A stretch of DNA of 32,000 bases, taken from positions 1,680,001-1,712,000 of the forward strand of contig NC_008312.1 in NCBI RefSeq assembly GCF_000014265.1. The letters run 5' to 3'. The DNA is from Trichodesmium erythraeum IMS101. GTDB lineage: Bacteria; Cyanobacteriota; Cyanobacteriia; Cyanobacteriales; Microcoleaceae. Within the stretch, counting starts at the first letter, position 1, and each line of letters starts with the position of its first letter. A model generated the notes under the pieces. That model had not been told where the DNA came from and ran no database searches. It worked only from the letters and a program-made list of their open reading frames with translations. Of this stretch, positions 1-10,504 are shown one piece after another. A program made the position numbers and the translations under genes.

Positions 1-862
1 TCATGTATATTAGTATTTTGGCCAAACAAAAACAGAGAAATCAAAGGACAACTCTGACTCCTACCTCGTAATTAATTTCTATTTATTCCTAATTCCTAAC
101 TTCACTCATAAGACTTTTTCCGTAAACTCTAAATAGGTGTGAAGCGATACATTTTCATCCTGTGAAGCACCACAAAAAATTTGCATCAATTAAGCTGGCA
201 TTCTCAAAGCAAATCTGATACTATAGATATTAAAGTACTTGCTTGCACATAAGCTAGATTTTTTATTCAACAAAAAAAATCTAGGTCAATTACCAAAAAA
301 TTGAGTCTAAAGCCTTGCCCTTTTGGGGTGACTGTTTAGTTATTTTTTTGAATAATGATTTTTTTTGATTCTGGGTGCTGACAATTAACTGTAAGTTATG
401 GTTTATATATGGAAATGTTCATTAACATACAGTGTATAAATTTTTGATTAAAGGCAGAATGCAGAAGGTAAAAGTCAAAGAGCAGAAGTTTTTTTTAGTT
501 ATGAAGTAAAAACCGCTATACTTCTTATAAAAGTTATTAGATTAATTTTAAATTCGTTCAAGTTACTACATATAAAATTATCATTCTTGGAATTACTGAA
601 AATATTCTTCAAAGCCCTATTGGATATTAAAGTTAATTGTTTTGATAAAATATCCTGAAAAAGCCCATAGTTAAGCTTAATAAATTTATATCTTACTTAC
701 TCAAAACTAAGAAAAACCATATTATTTTGAGCACTTCAAGAGCCAGAAATTATATAATTTATAATAGTAAAATTATATCATAATTGTCATCGTGGTTCCA
801 AAAGAAGCCACAAACTTTATAAACAAAATAAATTTATTCACAATAAATGGGAATTCATATCC

Positions 863-1228
863 TCATATTAAACTATCATATTCATAATCTATACAGATAA
901 TTAAACCTGCTAGTAACTCTTCAAGAATAGAATTTGAAACTCGCCCAAGACATCTCACAAATCTTTCATTAGCAATACTACGAACTTGAAGCACATTACC
1001 AGCAGAATCGTTATCTAAACCATTTTCATCAGTTTTCGGTATCGAAATCATAAATAGACGGTTTTTAAATTTAGATTGCCATTTAGCTATAGGAACAATA
1101 ATTTTAACACTTACTGATCTAAAAATGTTTGAACTAATCACAATTGCTGGGCGAGTTTTTTTTATTTCTTGACCTCTAGTAGGGTCTAATTTTACTAACC
1201 ATACTTCTCCTCTTTTAGGGTTATTCAT
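863..1228 (-). CDS. mazF: Type II toxin, MazF/PemK-family endoribonuclease
   Basis: Translation has the PemK/MazF N-terminal signature PKRGEVWLVKLDPTRGQEIKKTRPAIVISS and a C-terminal RSIANERF block. The maximal ORF runs to 1255. The ATG at 1226-1228 (MNNPKRGE...) overlaps the upstream antitoxin stop (1221-1223) by 8 nt, as in coupled TA pairs. Confidence 0.88.
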   Translation of the reverse strand: MNNPKRGEVWLVKLDPTRGQEIKKTRPAIVISSNIFRSVSVKIIVPIAKWQSKFKNRLFMISIPKTDENGLDNDSAGNVLQVRSIANERFVRCLGRVSNSILEELLAGLIICIDYEYDSLI

Positions 1229-1523
1229 CTCCTGTTTCCCAATCTTCTCCATCAAGAATAAAAAACTCTGTTAATTCTGGATCATTCAAAAAATCTTCAG
1301 CAGTTTTATCTATTGATGGTGTTAATAATTTATGACGCTCTACTATAGGTAAACGGGCAATTTCTTTAAGAGATAACTGATTATTATAATTAACTTGAGA
1401 GTGGTTCAATTTATGTTGAATAAACTGAATAAAGTCTAGTACTTCCTGTTGTTTTTCTGGTGGTAATAATTTAAGATTATCCAAAATTACTTGCTCAATA
1501 TTATTATTTGTTATTGTCGTCAT
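1221..1523 (-). CDS. Cognate antitoxin (DUF2281-like N-terminus, LPPEKQQEVLDFIQFIQHKL)
   Basis: Small acidic ORF immediately upstream of mazF and overlapping it. The likely start is the ATG at 1521-1523 (MTTITNNN) or 1530-1532. The ORF-track extension to 1613 reads through a metH 3'-end relic and is not believed. Confidence 0.72.
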   Translation of the reverse strand: MTTITNNNIEQVILDNLKLLPPEKQQEVLDFIQFIQHKLNHSQVNYNNQLSLKEIARLPIVERHKLLTPSIDKTAEDFLNDPELTEFFILDGEDWETGDE

Positions 1524-1551
1524 AAAATCCATCTCCAACTGATAGAAAAAA

Positions 1552-1765
1552 GTGAGCATATTGTCTACCCCAAATTCAACTATATCAAAATAGGCATTCA
1601 AATATTTGGCCATAGAATGATAAGTGATGATCGCTGTTTTAGACTTTTCTAGACAAAATTATTCCTTTGCATTCTGATGCAGATTAATTTTTTTAGTCTG
1701 TAACAAGTCTAATTTTTTGAACTGCTCCTAAATATTGGGGCAACTTGGATAACTGAAAACATTTA
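1552..1765 (-). pseudogene. Decayed duplicate of the metH 3' end (last ~57 codons plus ~38 nt of 3' flank)
   Basis: 1552-1765 aligns by eye with 3832-4045. The minus-strand translation is FSYPSCPNI*EQFKKLDLLQTKKINLHQNAKE*FCLEKSKTAIITYHSMAKYLNAY. Intact MetH reads [55 protein letters not shown]. The post-stop flank gtgagcatattg.c.acc..aaattcaacta.atcaaa is also shared. Confidence 0.8.
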
Positions 1766-3140
1766 TCAACAAGCCAAAATATTGTCAATTCTCTGCAATA
1801 CATCATTAGGGGCGTTTGAGGACAGAACATTATTTCGATAACTTCATGTTTATGGTCAGGGAAATTTAACAACTTTAGCTTTTTATGATACCTCGTATTA
1901 TCATAGCGGAAAATCAGGTTATTTGAGGTTAGTTAACTATTGTTGAAGATCTAATGTTTATTCACCATTAGTTTATATATATTGATCTAATTATACTGAA
2001 TCAAGTTATATAAATTATGGTAAAATCATACAAACAGACTAATTTGTGGCGTCAAACCAGCCCACCGCTTAACCGAATTCTTGATAAATTACCATTTGTC
2101 CTATATCAAGTCATTGAAACTTTTGTGAATTTCGATCCACCAAGGGGAGGCTAGTTCTTAAAAGCGTCTAGAAGTTTTCTTATAGACATTGGGAGATATC
2201 CTCTCAGTCGGTCAATGTTGCTGTGGGTTGAATTGTTAGCACTCATAGTATTAGCTGTCTGATATTGATAAGAATATATAAGCACTTAAAACTTAATTGT
2301 TTACCTAACCTAGTTTTATATTAAATATGCAATATAAGAGATTAAGCTAAAAAAAATGTGCCATTAATTTTGTCAAGCTGCTTATCACCCTCTACAGTTA
2401 TTTTTACATCTAAAAACTCGTAAAAGTAAAGTATTGAATTGTGTTTAAATCTAACTTTTCCCGGAAAAACTTTTATCTGCACTTTATTTTTAGGAATTAA
2501 ATGTAAAATTTTGAATAACTGAAAATGTCTGAAGATTTTTAGCTACTTAATAAAAATCTTGTTGGATAAGCAAAATAAACTGATTTATATATTTATAATT
2601 TTTGATAATATCGTTCTCTCATTATTGATTATGTAATGTATTTATATAACTCTCAATTTTCTGAAAATTTATCATTTTATTATATTTTTATAATTCCAAC
2701 ATCTGCTGCCTATTCTTAATTGTAAATATACAATTTTTTGCACCATTAAAACATAGTTATTTATATTTTTTTCCTCGAATTATGCCTTTAAAATAACTTC
2801 ATTAAGAGACTATCATCTAAAAATTATGTACTATTTAATAAAGTACTATTAAGTCGTGAAGTTGCTGCAAATAATCTTTAAATAACAAATTCAATATATC
2901 CCAATTTTTCGGTATTTTCTTCCAGTAGTTTCAACATCAAAGCTTCTCCTATCCATTCATCTAATTCTAATATTTCTTCAAATTAATCTTATAAGAGTAT
3001 TTTTTTAGTTTTAGTAATTCCTAATTTTAGTAATTTTACTCGGTCAGAAATAAGACTGTCAATGTTATTTGTTAATGATTATGGATACTGGAATTTAACT
3101 TTAAATTCTGGCATGTTTATTATCTCCTTTGAAAGTCAGT

Positions 3141-3215
3141 GTAGGTTGGGTTGAAGGATAGTAAAACCTAACAAAGTTTTAGTATTATTAGGTTTTGTTT
3201 GGGTACCAAACCTAC
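3141..3215. repeat. Nested palindromic GTAGGTTGGGT...ACCAAACCTAC element (small dispersed cyanobacterial palindrome type)
   Basis: The outer arms gtaggttgggt (3141-3151) and accaaacctac (3205-3215) pair with one mismatch. The inner arms aacctaa (3165-3171) and ttaggtt (3188-3194) also pair. A related GGTTGGGTT/AACCCAACC unit occurs at 29595-29668. Confidence 0.6.
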
Positions 3216-3780
3216 GCTTAAAAGATAACTAGTATCCAAAAAATAGACTTCTTTCATATTATACAAATAACGATCGCGATCGCTTACAGTATCCTTTACA
3301 TAATATTCCACAGGATTTTTATATAAATCTCAAATGGAAGGTGTTTTTTAATGCTGATGATAATAATTTTCCCATTTTCTTGAATAACCTCAAATTATTA
3401 GCTTTCTCCTCATAATTCTTTAGGTATTAATAAACCTTGTTCTGTTGCTGTTAATTTTATGTTTGATTACCCTCATTAATTTTGTAGATTAATTCATGAA
3501 GATGACTTGATATCAAATATTATGAGAAATTATTCTGTAAATAACTGATATTTGGTCTCAAATTTCTGCAATTTTTTATTTAGTTTATTCAATACCATCA
3601 GACAAAAACTGTAACTATTTTTCTAATGCTGATTTTCAAAAGGTTATTAATAATTCTGGGTGCAGGTATTTAATTTTTAATTCTAGCATATTTATGAGCT
3701 CTTTTAAAAGTAATCAAATTTAAGATTTCTAGACATTGACAAGATAATAAAGATTAGTAATTTCTAGATTAATTTAGACA

Positions 3781-3823
3781 AGCGATCGCTCCTCCATTTC
3801 ACAAAAAAATGAGGAGCGTCGCT
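3781..3823 (-). terminator. Stem-loop 47 nt downstream of the metH stop (candidate terminator or RNA-stabilising hairpin)
   Basis: agcgatcgctcctc (3781-3794) pairs with gaggagcgtcgct (3811-3823), giving a 13-bp GC-rich stem with one bulge and a 16-nt A/T loop. There is no clean U-tract after the stem on the metH sense strand, so terminator function is uncertain. Confidence 0.4.
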
Positions 3824-3869
3824 ATTTCTGTGTGAGCATATTGCCCACCCTAAATTCAACTACATCAAA

Positions 3870-6800
3870 CTACGCACTAAAATACTTCGCCGCAGAATGA
3901 TAAGTAACGATCGCCGTCGTAGACTGTTCAGGATACAACTGCTCACTCTCATCCATATACATATCAATTCTTTTAGTCTCCAACAAATCTAACTGCTTAA
4001 ACTGATCCTGCATATTCGGACAAGCAGGATAACCAAAACTATAACGTGAACCTTGATAACGCTGTCTCAGAATATCCTTAATATTATCCGCATCCTTACT
4101 ACCAAAACCCAACTCCCGACGAATACGAGCGTGTAACCACTCCGCCATCGCTTCCGCAGTTTGTACCGCCATACCGTGGAAATACAAATAATCTGTATAT
4201 TGATTATCTGCAAACAATTTCTGAGCAAACTCAGTCGCTATTTCTCCCACTGTCACAGCGTGCATCGGAAACACATCAATAACTCCCGACTCCTTAGGAG
4301 CAAAAAAGTCAGTAATACACAACCGTCGCCCTGACTTTTGCCGTGGAAACTCAAAACTGTTGACAACTTTTGTTGCCTTTCCAGTCTGACTCATTTCCTC
4401 CGAGTCGTAAATTAAAAGTGTATTGCCTTCTGCTTGACAAGGGAAATAACCATAAATTGCTTGGGGATGTAGCAACTTTTCTGTAATTACCCGTGACTTC
4501 CAGGTTTCCAGAATAGGATAAACTTTCTCAGCTAAAAACTCATCATACTCTTCCCGCGACTGGTCTTTAGGTTTACGGAATTGCCATTGCCCCGCTATCA
4601 ACGCTTGCAAATCTAAATACCAGAATAATTCCTCAAATGGCATATCCTCTGGTTGTAATAACTTGGTTCCCCAGAAAGGCGGAGTCGGGCGCTCAATATC
4701 AACTGGCACATCATCAGAACGTCGAGTATCTACTGGAGCAGCAGTTTGACTTTCCTCTTGATCTTCAGACTTAACTGAAGTAGCAACTTTACCATTACCA
4801 TTACCATTACCATTACCATTACCATTACCATTACCATTACCATTACCATTTTCTTCCGCCAACTCATTTAAAAACCCTTGGATATCATCCCACTGCTTTT
4901 CTGCTTTTGCTGGCATTAACTTATCCATGAAATTCAAATCAGAAAAAGCATCTTTACCATAAACAACCTTACCTTTGTAAGTATTTTGGCAATCTTCATG
5001 GACAAACTTAGGAGTTAGTGCTGCACCACCTAAAATCACCGGAACAGTAATACCTTCTTGATTAAATGTTTCCAAATTATCTTTCATAAATGCAGTTGAC
5101 TTCACCAATAAACCACTCATAGCAATACAGTCAACATTATGTTCTCGATAAGCAGTAATAATATTATCAACTGGCTGTTTAATTCCTAAGTTAATTACCC
5201 GATAACCATTATTTGACAAGATAATATCCACAAGATTTTTACCAATATCATGCACATCTCCCTTAACAGTAGCAATAAGGAAAGTTCCCTTAGAATTATC
5301 TCCTGACTCTTCCTTTTCCATATAAGGTTGTAGATAAGCAACAGCTGCTTTCATAGTTTGAGCAGACTGTAATACAAATGGTAATTGCATTTGTCCAGAA
5401 CCGAATAATTCTCCTACTACTTTCATGCCATTTAATAAGAAGACATTGATAATATCTAGTGGCGGATATGTTTCTAAAGCTTTTCTCAAAGCATCTTCTA
5501 AACCAATACGTTCCCCATCAATAATATGTTGTTTTAAACGTTCTTCAATTGGTAAATTTTCTGTAGCAGAACGGTCTTTTTTAGTCGTTTTACCCTCAAA
5601 CATTTTTGTCAATTCAGTTAGAGGATCATAAACACAAATATCCCCTTCAAATTGACGTTGGTCATATATTAGTTTCCGACAAATATCTTGATGTTTTGGT
5701 TCAATTTTTGCTAAAGGTAAAATCTTATTTGCACTAACAATTGCACCATCCAGCCCTACTGCCATTGATTCATGCAAAAACACTGAGTTCAACACTTGTC
5801 TAGCTGCAGGGTTTAAGCCAAATGAAACATTAGAAACTCCGAGCATTATATGACAGCCTGGCAACTCTTCTCGGATCCGTTTAATAGCTTCAATTGTTGC
5901 TTTTCCATTCTCCCTATCCTCTTCAATACCTGTAGAAATTGGCAAAGCTAGGGTATCAAAAAACAATTCACGGGCTGGAATGCCATATTCTATTGCTGCA
6001 TCATAAGCTCGTTTAGCTATTTCAAATTTTTTGTCAGCTGTCCTAGCCATTCCATCTTCATCAATAGTTCCAACTACTACACCAGCACCATATTTTTTCG
6101 CCAATTCTAATACTTGATAAAAACGGGGTTCTCCATCTTCATAGTTAGTAGAATTAAGCAAACATTTACCACCAGCAACCTTTAAACCAGCCTCCATTTT
6201 TTCCCATTCTGTCGAATCTAACATCAGAGGCAAATTAACATTTGTGACCAAGCGAGATGCTAATTCGTGCATATCGCGCACCCCATCACGTCCCACATAA
6301 TCAACATTAACATCAAGTATTTGTGCCCCTTCTTTTACCTGAGATTTTGCTAGGGCAACTAAGCCATCCCAGTCTTCATCATTTAGTAAAGTTCGGCATT
6401 TTTTAGAACCGCTAGCATTCAGTCTTTCACCAACAATTAAGAATGAGTTATCTTGTTCATAAGTTTCTGAAGAATAGATAGAAGCTGCTGCCGGAATATA
6501 GTTAGGTTTTCGTTCTTTTGGTTTGAGGGTTTCAGTAATTTCAGCTAATGCTTTAATATGGTCGGGGCGAGTACCACAACAACCACCGATGACTTGGACT
6601 CCTAAGTCTTCAACGAAGTGCATTAATGCCATTTTTAACTCTACAGGAGTTAGTTTATAGTGAGCTTGTCCCCCAATATTTTCTGGCAAACCAGCATTAG
6701 GAATACACGAAACAATAAAAGGCGAATTTTCTGACAAATAACGAATATGTTCTTTCATTAAATCTGGGCCTGTAGCGCAATTTAATCCCAGAATATCAAT

Positions 6801-7463
6801 AGAATAAGGTTCTAAAATTGTCAGAGCAGCATTAATTTCTGAACCGACTAACATAGTTCCAAAAGATTCCATTGTTACTGATACCATGATAGGTCGGCGA
6901 TCGCCTTTTTTCGCAAAGATTTCTTCTATGCCATTTAAAGCAGCTTTTATTTGCAAAACATCCTGACAAGTTTCGACAAGAAATAAGTCTACTCCTCCAT
7001 CAAAAAGACCTTCAGCTTGTTCAGTAAAACTATCTTTTAGGGTAGCAAAATCAATATGTCCGAGGGTAGGTAATTTTGTTCCTGGTCCAATTGAACCAGC
7101 CACAAATCTAGGTTTTTCTGGGGTAGAATATTCAGCAGCAGCAGACTTGGCTAATTCCGCTGCTGTTTTATTCAGATAATAAGCCTGGTCTGCTAAGTCA
7201 TATTCTGCTAAAACAATTTTTGTCCCACCAAAAGTATCAGTTTCTATCACATCCGCACCTGCTGCTAAGAAATCTCGATGAACTTTGGCTACTGCGTCTG
7301 GTTTAGTATGGACAAGATATTCATTACAACCTTCATATTCTTTTCCGCCAAAGTCTTCTGCTGTTAGGTTTTGGACTTGTAAGCTAGTACCCATAGCACC
7401 ATCAAAGACGATCACTGGGCGTTCTGGACTATGGAGACGGTTTAAAAACTGGCTGTTCATCAT
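3870..7463 (-). CDS. metH: Cobalamin-dependent methionine synthase (5-methyltetrahydrofolate-homocysteine methyltransferase)
   Basis: The 1197-aa ORF shows the full MetH domain order. It has the Hcy-binding region (GGCCGT), the pterin-binding region, the B12-binding DVHDIGKN and MSGLL motifs, and the C-terminal AdoMet-activation domain. Confidence 0.97.
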   Translation of the reverse strand: MMNSQFLNRLHSPERPVIVFDGAMGTSLQVQNLTAEDFGGKEYEGCNEYLVHTKPDAVAKVHRDFLAAGADVIETDTFGGTKIVLAEYDLADQAYYLNKTAAELAKSAAAEYSTPEKPRFVAGSIGPGTKLPTLGHIDFATLKDSFTEQAEGLFDGGVDLFLVETCQDVLQIKAALNGIEEIFAKKGDRRPIMVSVTMESFGTMLVGSEINAALTILEPYSIDILGLNCATGPDLMKEHIRYLSENSPFIVSCIPNAGLPENIGGQAHYKLTPVELKMALMHFVEDLGVQVIGGCCGTRPDHIKALAEITETLKPKERKPNYIPAAASIYSSETYEQDNSFLIVGERLNASGSKKCRTLLNDEDWDGLVALAKSQVKEGAQILDVNVDYVGRDGVRDMHELASRLVTNVNLPLMLDSTEWEKMEAGLKVAGGKCLLNSTNYEDGEPRFYQVLELAKKYGAGVVVGTIDEDGMARTADKKFEIAKRAYDAAIEYGIPARELFFDTLALPISTGIEEDRENGKATIEAIKRIREELPGCHIMLGVSNVSFGLNPAARQVLNSVFLHESMAVGLDGAIVSANKILPLAKIEPKHQDICRKLIYDQRQFEGDICVYDPLTELTKMFEGKTTKKDRSATENLPIEERLKQHIIDGERIGLEDALRKALETYPPLDIINVFLLNGMKVVGELFGSGQMQLPFVLQSAQTMKAAVAYLQPYMEKEESGDNSKGTFLIATVKGDVHDIGKNLVDIILSNNGYRVINLGIKQPVDNIITAYREHNVDCIAMSGLLVKSTAFMKDNLETFNQEGITVPVILGGAALTPKFVHEDCQNTYKGKVVYGKDAFSDLNFMDKLMPAKAEKQWDDIQGFLNELAEENGNGNGNGNGNGNGNGNGNGKVATSVKSEDQEESQTAAPVDTRRSDDVPVDIERPTPPFWGTKLLQPEDMPFEELFWYLDLQALIAGQWQFRKPKDQSREEYDEFLAEKVYPILETWKSRVITEKLLHPQAIYGYFPCQAEGNTLLIYDSEEMSQTGKATKVVNSFEFPRQKSGRRLCITDFFAPKESGVIDVFPMHAVTVGEIATEFAQKLFADNQYTDYLYFHGMAVQTAEAMAEWLHARIRRELGFGSKDADNIKDILRQRYQGSRYSFGYPACPNMQDQFKQLDLLETKRIDMYMDESEQLYPEQSTTAIVTYHSAAKYFSA
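4791..4850. repeat. Perfect hexanucleotide microsatellite (ACCATT)10 inside metH, encoding (NG)10
   Basis: Counted directly: ten uninterrupted accatt units span 4791-4850. On the coding strand this is AATGGT x10 and gives ...AEE(NG)10KVAT... It lies between the B12-binding and activation domains. Confidence 0.97.
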
Positions 7464-8759
7464 CGTATATTTAATATTTTAGTGTTAGTATTTATACTAC
7501 TATTTTGAGAGGTTCAAAGCAATTTATTTTTCAAATTATAATATAGATTGTATTGTGTTTATCAATTAAGTAGAAATAGAATCAAATCATAGAAACAGAT
7601 TTTATCATTAAAGGGGTTATCTGTTAACTACTATCAGCTCTGGTGTTGCTATTCTCATCATTTTTCTCTCACTTTAACACAGTTAAATAATAACTAAAAT
7701 CAACTTATAACCATTCAAAAAGTCATCGAAATATGCTAATTGATTATAACTTCTATAGTAATCCTAAATCATTTATGAAAAATTACTAGTATTTTGAAAA
7801 ATAGCTTTAACCACTCTTACTTTTGGTTTCTCTATTCAGCATAAATACATTGTATTCGTTCCTCTCTTTCACTTTTCAGATAGGATTTTTATCTAAATTC
7901 TATTATCAATAATTACTAATTAATTAACATGCTGTATTTATGCAATAAATTATTCTACTTATTTCTTCCAAAGAATAATTATAGACGATCAATTATTTTG
8001 TATTTAATCTCTTGATTTTTTTTATGGGATTGCAACTACAACTTTATCCGTAAAGTAATTAAATACAATGAAATTAAAGTAATCATCATTAATAATAGCC
8101 AATAAAAATAATCTTAAAAAAATACGGCATTATTTAATATGAAAAATGAAATATAAATCAATCAACTAAAATGTCAAAAAAAAAATGAGCTCAATAGAAT
8201 GCAAAAAAATAAAAAATAATAGTAATAAAAAATATCAAATAGCCTATAAAATCATGTAAAAATAGTTATTTTTTAGTGGAAATATAATAGTTATTATTTA
8301 TGCTGTTATAGCTATAAAATTATTTAATTTTACATTTGATAAAATTGTTTATACAAGGTTAATTACACATTTATAAAACCTAAATTATTTGTTTTATGAA
8401 AAGCATAAATGATTAAAATCGGCAAATAATGCTCTGAGGTACTTAACTTGAAAATACAAGTTTTCTTTAAAGTACATATAAGAGCTAATAGTATTAATCA
8501 ATGGCTTGTTAGTAGAAAATTGGAAATCCAAACTATAGAAAATACTTCTACCTTCCCAACTATGAACTGGTCAATAGTTACACCTTTCTTAAAATCCCAG
8601 CTCATGGAATAGCAAAATTTTTTTTACCATGATTAATCCTGATTTTTATTAAAATACTAGCAAAGTAAACCAAGATAAAACTAATCTCTAAAATTATAAG
8701 TACATTTGAAGTAGAATATTTTCTTATAAAATTTTCAGTAAAAAATAAGGGGTAAATTA

Positions 8760-10061
8760 ATGACAAAAAAACTAAATTCAGAGCATATTTTAGTTGTAGA
8801 TGATGTTCAAGCTAATCTTAAAGTAATAGTTAAAACTTTAACTAATGAAGGATATAAAGTTTCTACAGCAATTAGCAGTGACCAAGCGCTCAAGCAAATT
8901 TCCTATGACTTACCTGATTTAATTTTGCTAGATATACAAACCTCTGGTATTGATGGATTTGAAATTTGTCAAAGGTTAAAAGAAAATCCAGAAATGAAAG
9001 ACATCCCAGTAATTTTAATGGCTGTTCCTTCAAACATTAAAAATATAGTTAAAGGTTTGACATTGGGAGCCGTAGATTATATTACCATACCATTTCAAAC
9101 AATTGAAGTCCTTAGTAAAGTAAAAAATCACATACATTTACAACAGTTAAAAAAGAATCTCGAAAAAGAAGTAGCTAAGAAAACTTATGAACTTACTCAA
9201 GCTTTAGAGCAGTTAAAAGCATCTCAAGTCAAACCCATTAAAAGTGAAGAAATGTTAGTAACGGGAGAATTAATGGCTGGAGTAGCAAATGAATTTAATC
9301 ACCCCATTGGTTCAATTTATAGTAATTCTTTTTATTTAGAAACATACATAAAAAATATTTTGGAACATCTATTTCTTTATCAAAAAAATTATCCTAATCC
9401 TGTAGCAGAAATTATTCAAAGTGCTGAAGATATTGATCTAGATTTTATTATAGAAGATTTCCCTAATATAATTACTTCTATAAAGACGAGCTCAGAAAGG
9501 ATTAAATACCTGAGCTCATATTTACAAAAATTTCGTAAACAAAGTGTTATTACAGCCCATAAAAGTATTGATAGTGCTCTATTAATTTTGAAGCATCGCC
9601 TCAAAGCTAATCAGTATCGCTCCGGTATTAAAGTAGTCAAAAAATATGGAGATTTGCCTAAGATGAAATGTCTGCCTGGACAATTAATTCAGGTATTTAT
9701 GAATATAATTTATAATGCTATTGATGAGATTGATGAGTTTGGTAAGAAAGTAGGTTTTTCTAATTGTAAATTTGAGCCTAAAATTGTAATTAATACTTTA
9801 ATGAGTCATGATAAAAAAGAAGTAATTGTCACTATTAAAAACAATGGCATAGGAATGTCAGAAGAAGTTAAGAGAACAGTTTTTGATAAGCTTTCTAATA
9901 CTAGAGCTTTAGCTAAAGGAACAAGTTTAAGTTTATCTATTGCTCATCAAATTGTGGTCAATAATTATCATGGTAAGCTTTGCTGTGAGTCAATTATAAA
10001 TAAGGGGTCAAAATTTATTTTGCAATTACCAATAACAGAAATGAGTAAGAATATGAGATAA
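8760..10061 (+). CDS. Receiver (REC) + HisKA/HATPase_c hybrid protein with degenerate catalytic motifs (probable pseudo-kinase)
   Basis: The N-terminal CheY-like fold has VVDDV and LILLDIQ. A coiled coil follows, then an H-box-like MAGVANEFNHPIG, the N-box NIIYNAID, a G1-like NNGIGM and a G2-like GTSLSL. The RBS aagggg lies upstream of the ATG at 8760. Confidence 0.88.
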   Translation: MTKKLNSEHILVVDDVQANLKVIVKTLTNEGYKVSTAISSDQALKQISYDLPDLILLDIQTSGIDGFEICQRLKENPEMKDIPVILMAVPSNIKNIVKGLTLGAVDYITIPFQTIEVLSKVKNHIHLQQLKKNLEKEVAKKTYELTQALEQLKASQVKPIKSEEMLVTGELMAGVANEFNHPIGSIYSNSFYLETYIKNILEHLFLYQKNYPNPVAEIIQSAEDIDLDFIIEDFPNIITSIKTSSERIKYLSSYLQKFRKQSVITAHKSIDSALLILKHRLKANQYRSGIKVVKKYGDLPKMKCLPGQLIQVFMNIIYNAIDEIDEFGKKVGFSNCKFEPKIVINTLMSHDKKEVIVTIKNNGIGMSEEVKRTVFDKLSNTRALAKGTSLSLSIAHQIVVNNYHGKLCCESIINKGSKFILQLPITEMSKNMR

Positions 10062-10504
10062 TAATATAATATAAGGTAGACAAAAAGGAAAGTAAATAAT
10101 CAAGTATAAATGCTGGAAAATTAAAATTCACAGCTAATTCTAATTTAGCTATCTATCAAATATTTTATATTTTTAGCAAACATTGATTAAGTTTGTATAA
10201 AAACTAAGACTTACCAAATATTGAATCTGGTTATTTTACTATAAATAAAGTATAGAAACTAGGGAAAGTATTAGATACTTGATCATATTGACATCCGTCC
10301 CCTATAAATTCGGTTTCTGATAAATACTTCAAAGTCAGTATATTTGATATAATATTACTCTGAAAAAAAAGAATGCAAAATTATAATTCATCTAAGATAG
10401 TTATTTCTATCCCAATCTCCTTTTTTTCAAGATTTACTTGCTCCTTTGCTCTGAGGGAGGTCTGTTGTATGCAAACTCCCTACTATTTGGTATAATAAAG
10501 TGTT

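Noticed and set aside
1524-1613. N-terminal 30-codon extension of the antitoxin ORF (MAKYLNAYFDIVEFGVDNMLTFFYQLEMDF)
   Set aside because: This stretch is the decayed metH terminus and 3' flank. Compare SAAKYFSA* followed by the shared flank in the intact copy. The open frame is accidental, and the real start is most likely the ATG at 1523 or 1532.
4791-4850. Could the short tandem repeats (here and at 23903-23944) be CRISPR-like arrays?
   Set aside because: The units are 6 nt, contiguous and without spacers, and they lie inside coding frames. They are microsatellites, not CRISPR.
5425-7482. Plus-strand ORFs 5425..5631 and 7285..7482
   Set aside because: They lie antisense and almost entirely inside the well-supported metH CDS. 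They are short, have no recognisable motifs and no RBS, and are typical shadow ORFs.
7464-8759. Cobalamin or SAM riboswitch upstream of metH, or other structured RNA in the 1.3-kb AT-rich spacer
   Set aside because: I could not find a B12-box-like or SAM-I/II-like conserved core on the minus strand. The region is nearly pure A/T with no convincing helices. A covariance-model scan (Rfam/Infernal) would be needed to exclude one.
9416-9604. Minus-strand 62-aa ORF inside the REC-HK gene
   Set aside because: It is an antisense shadow ORF in AT-rich coding DNA.
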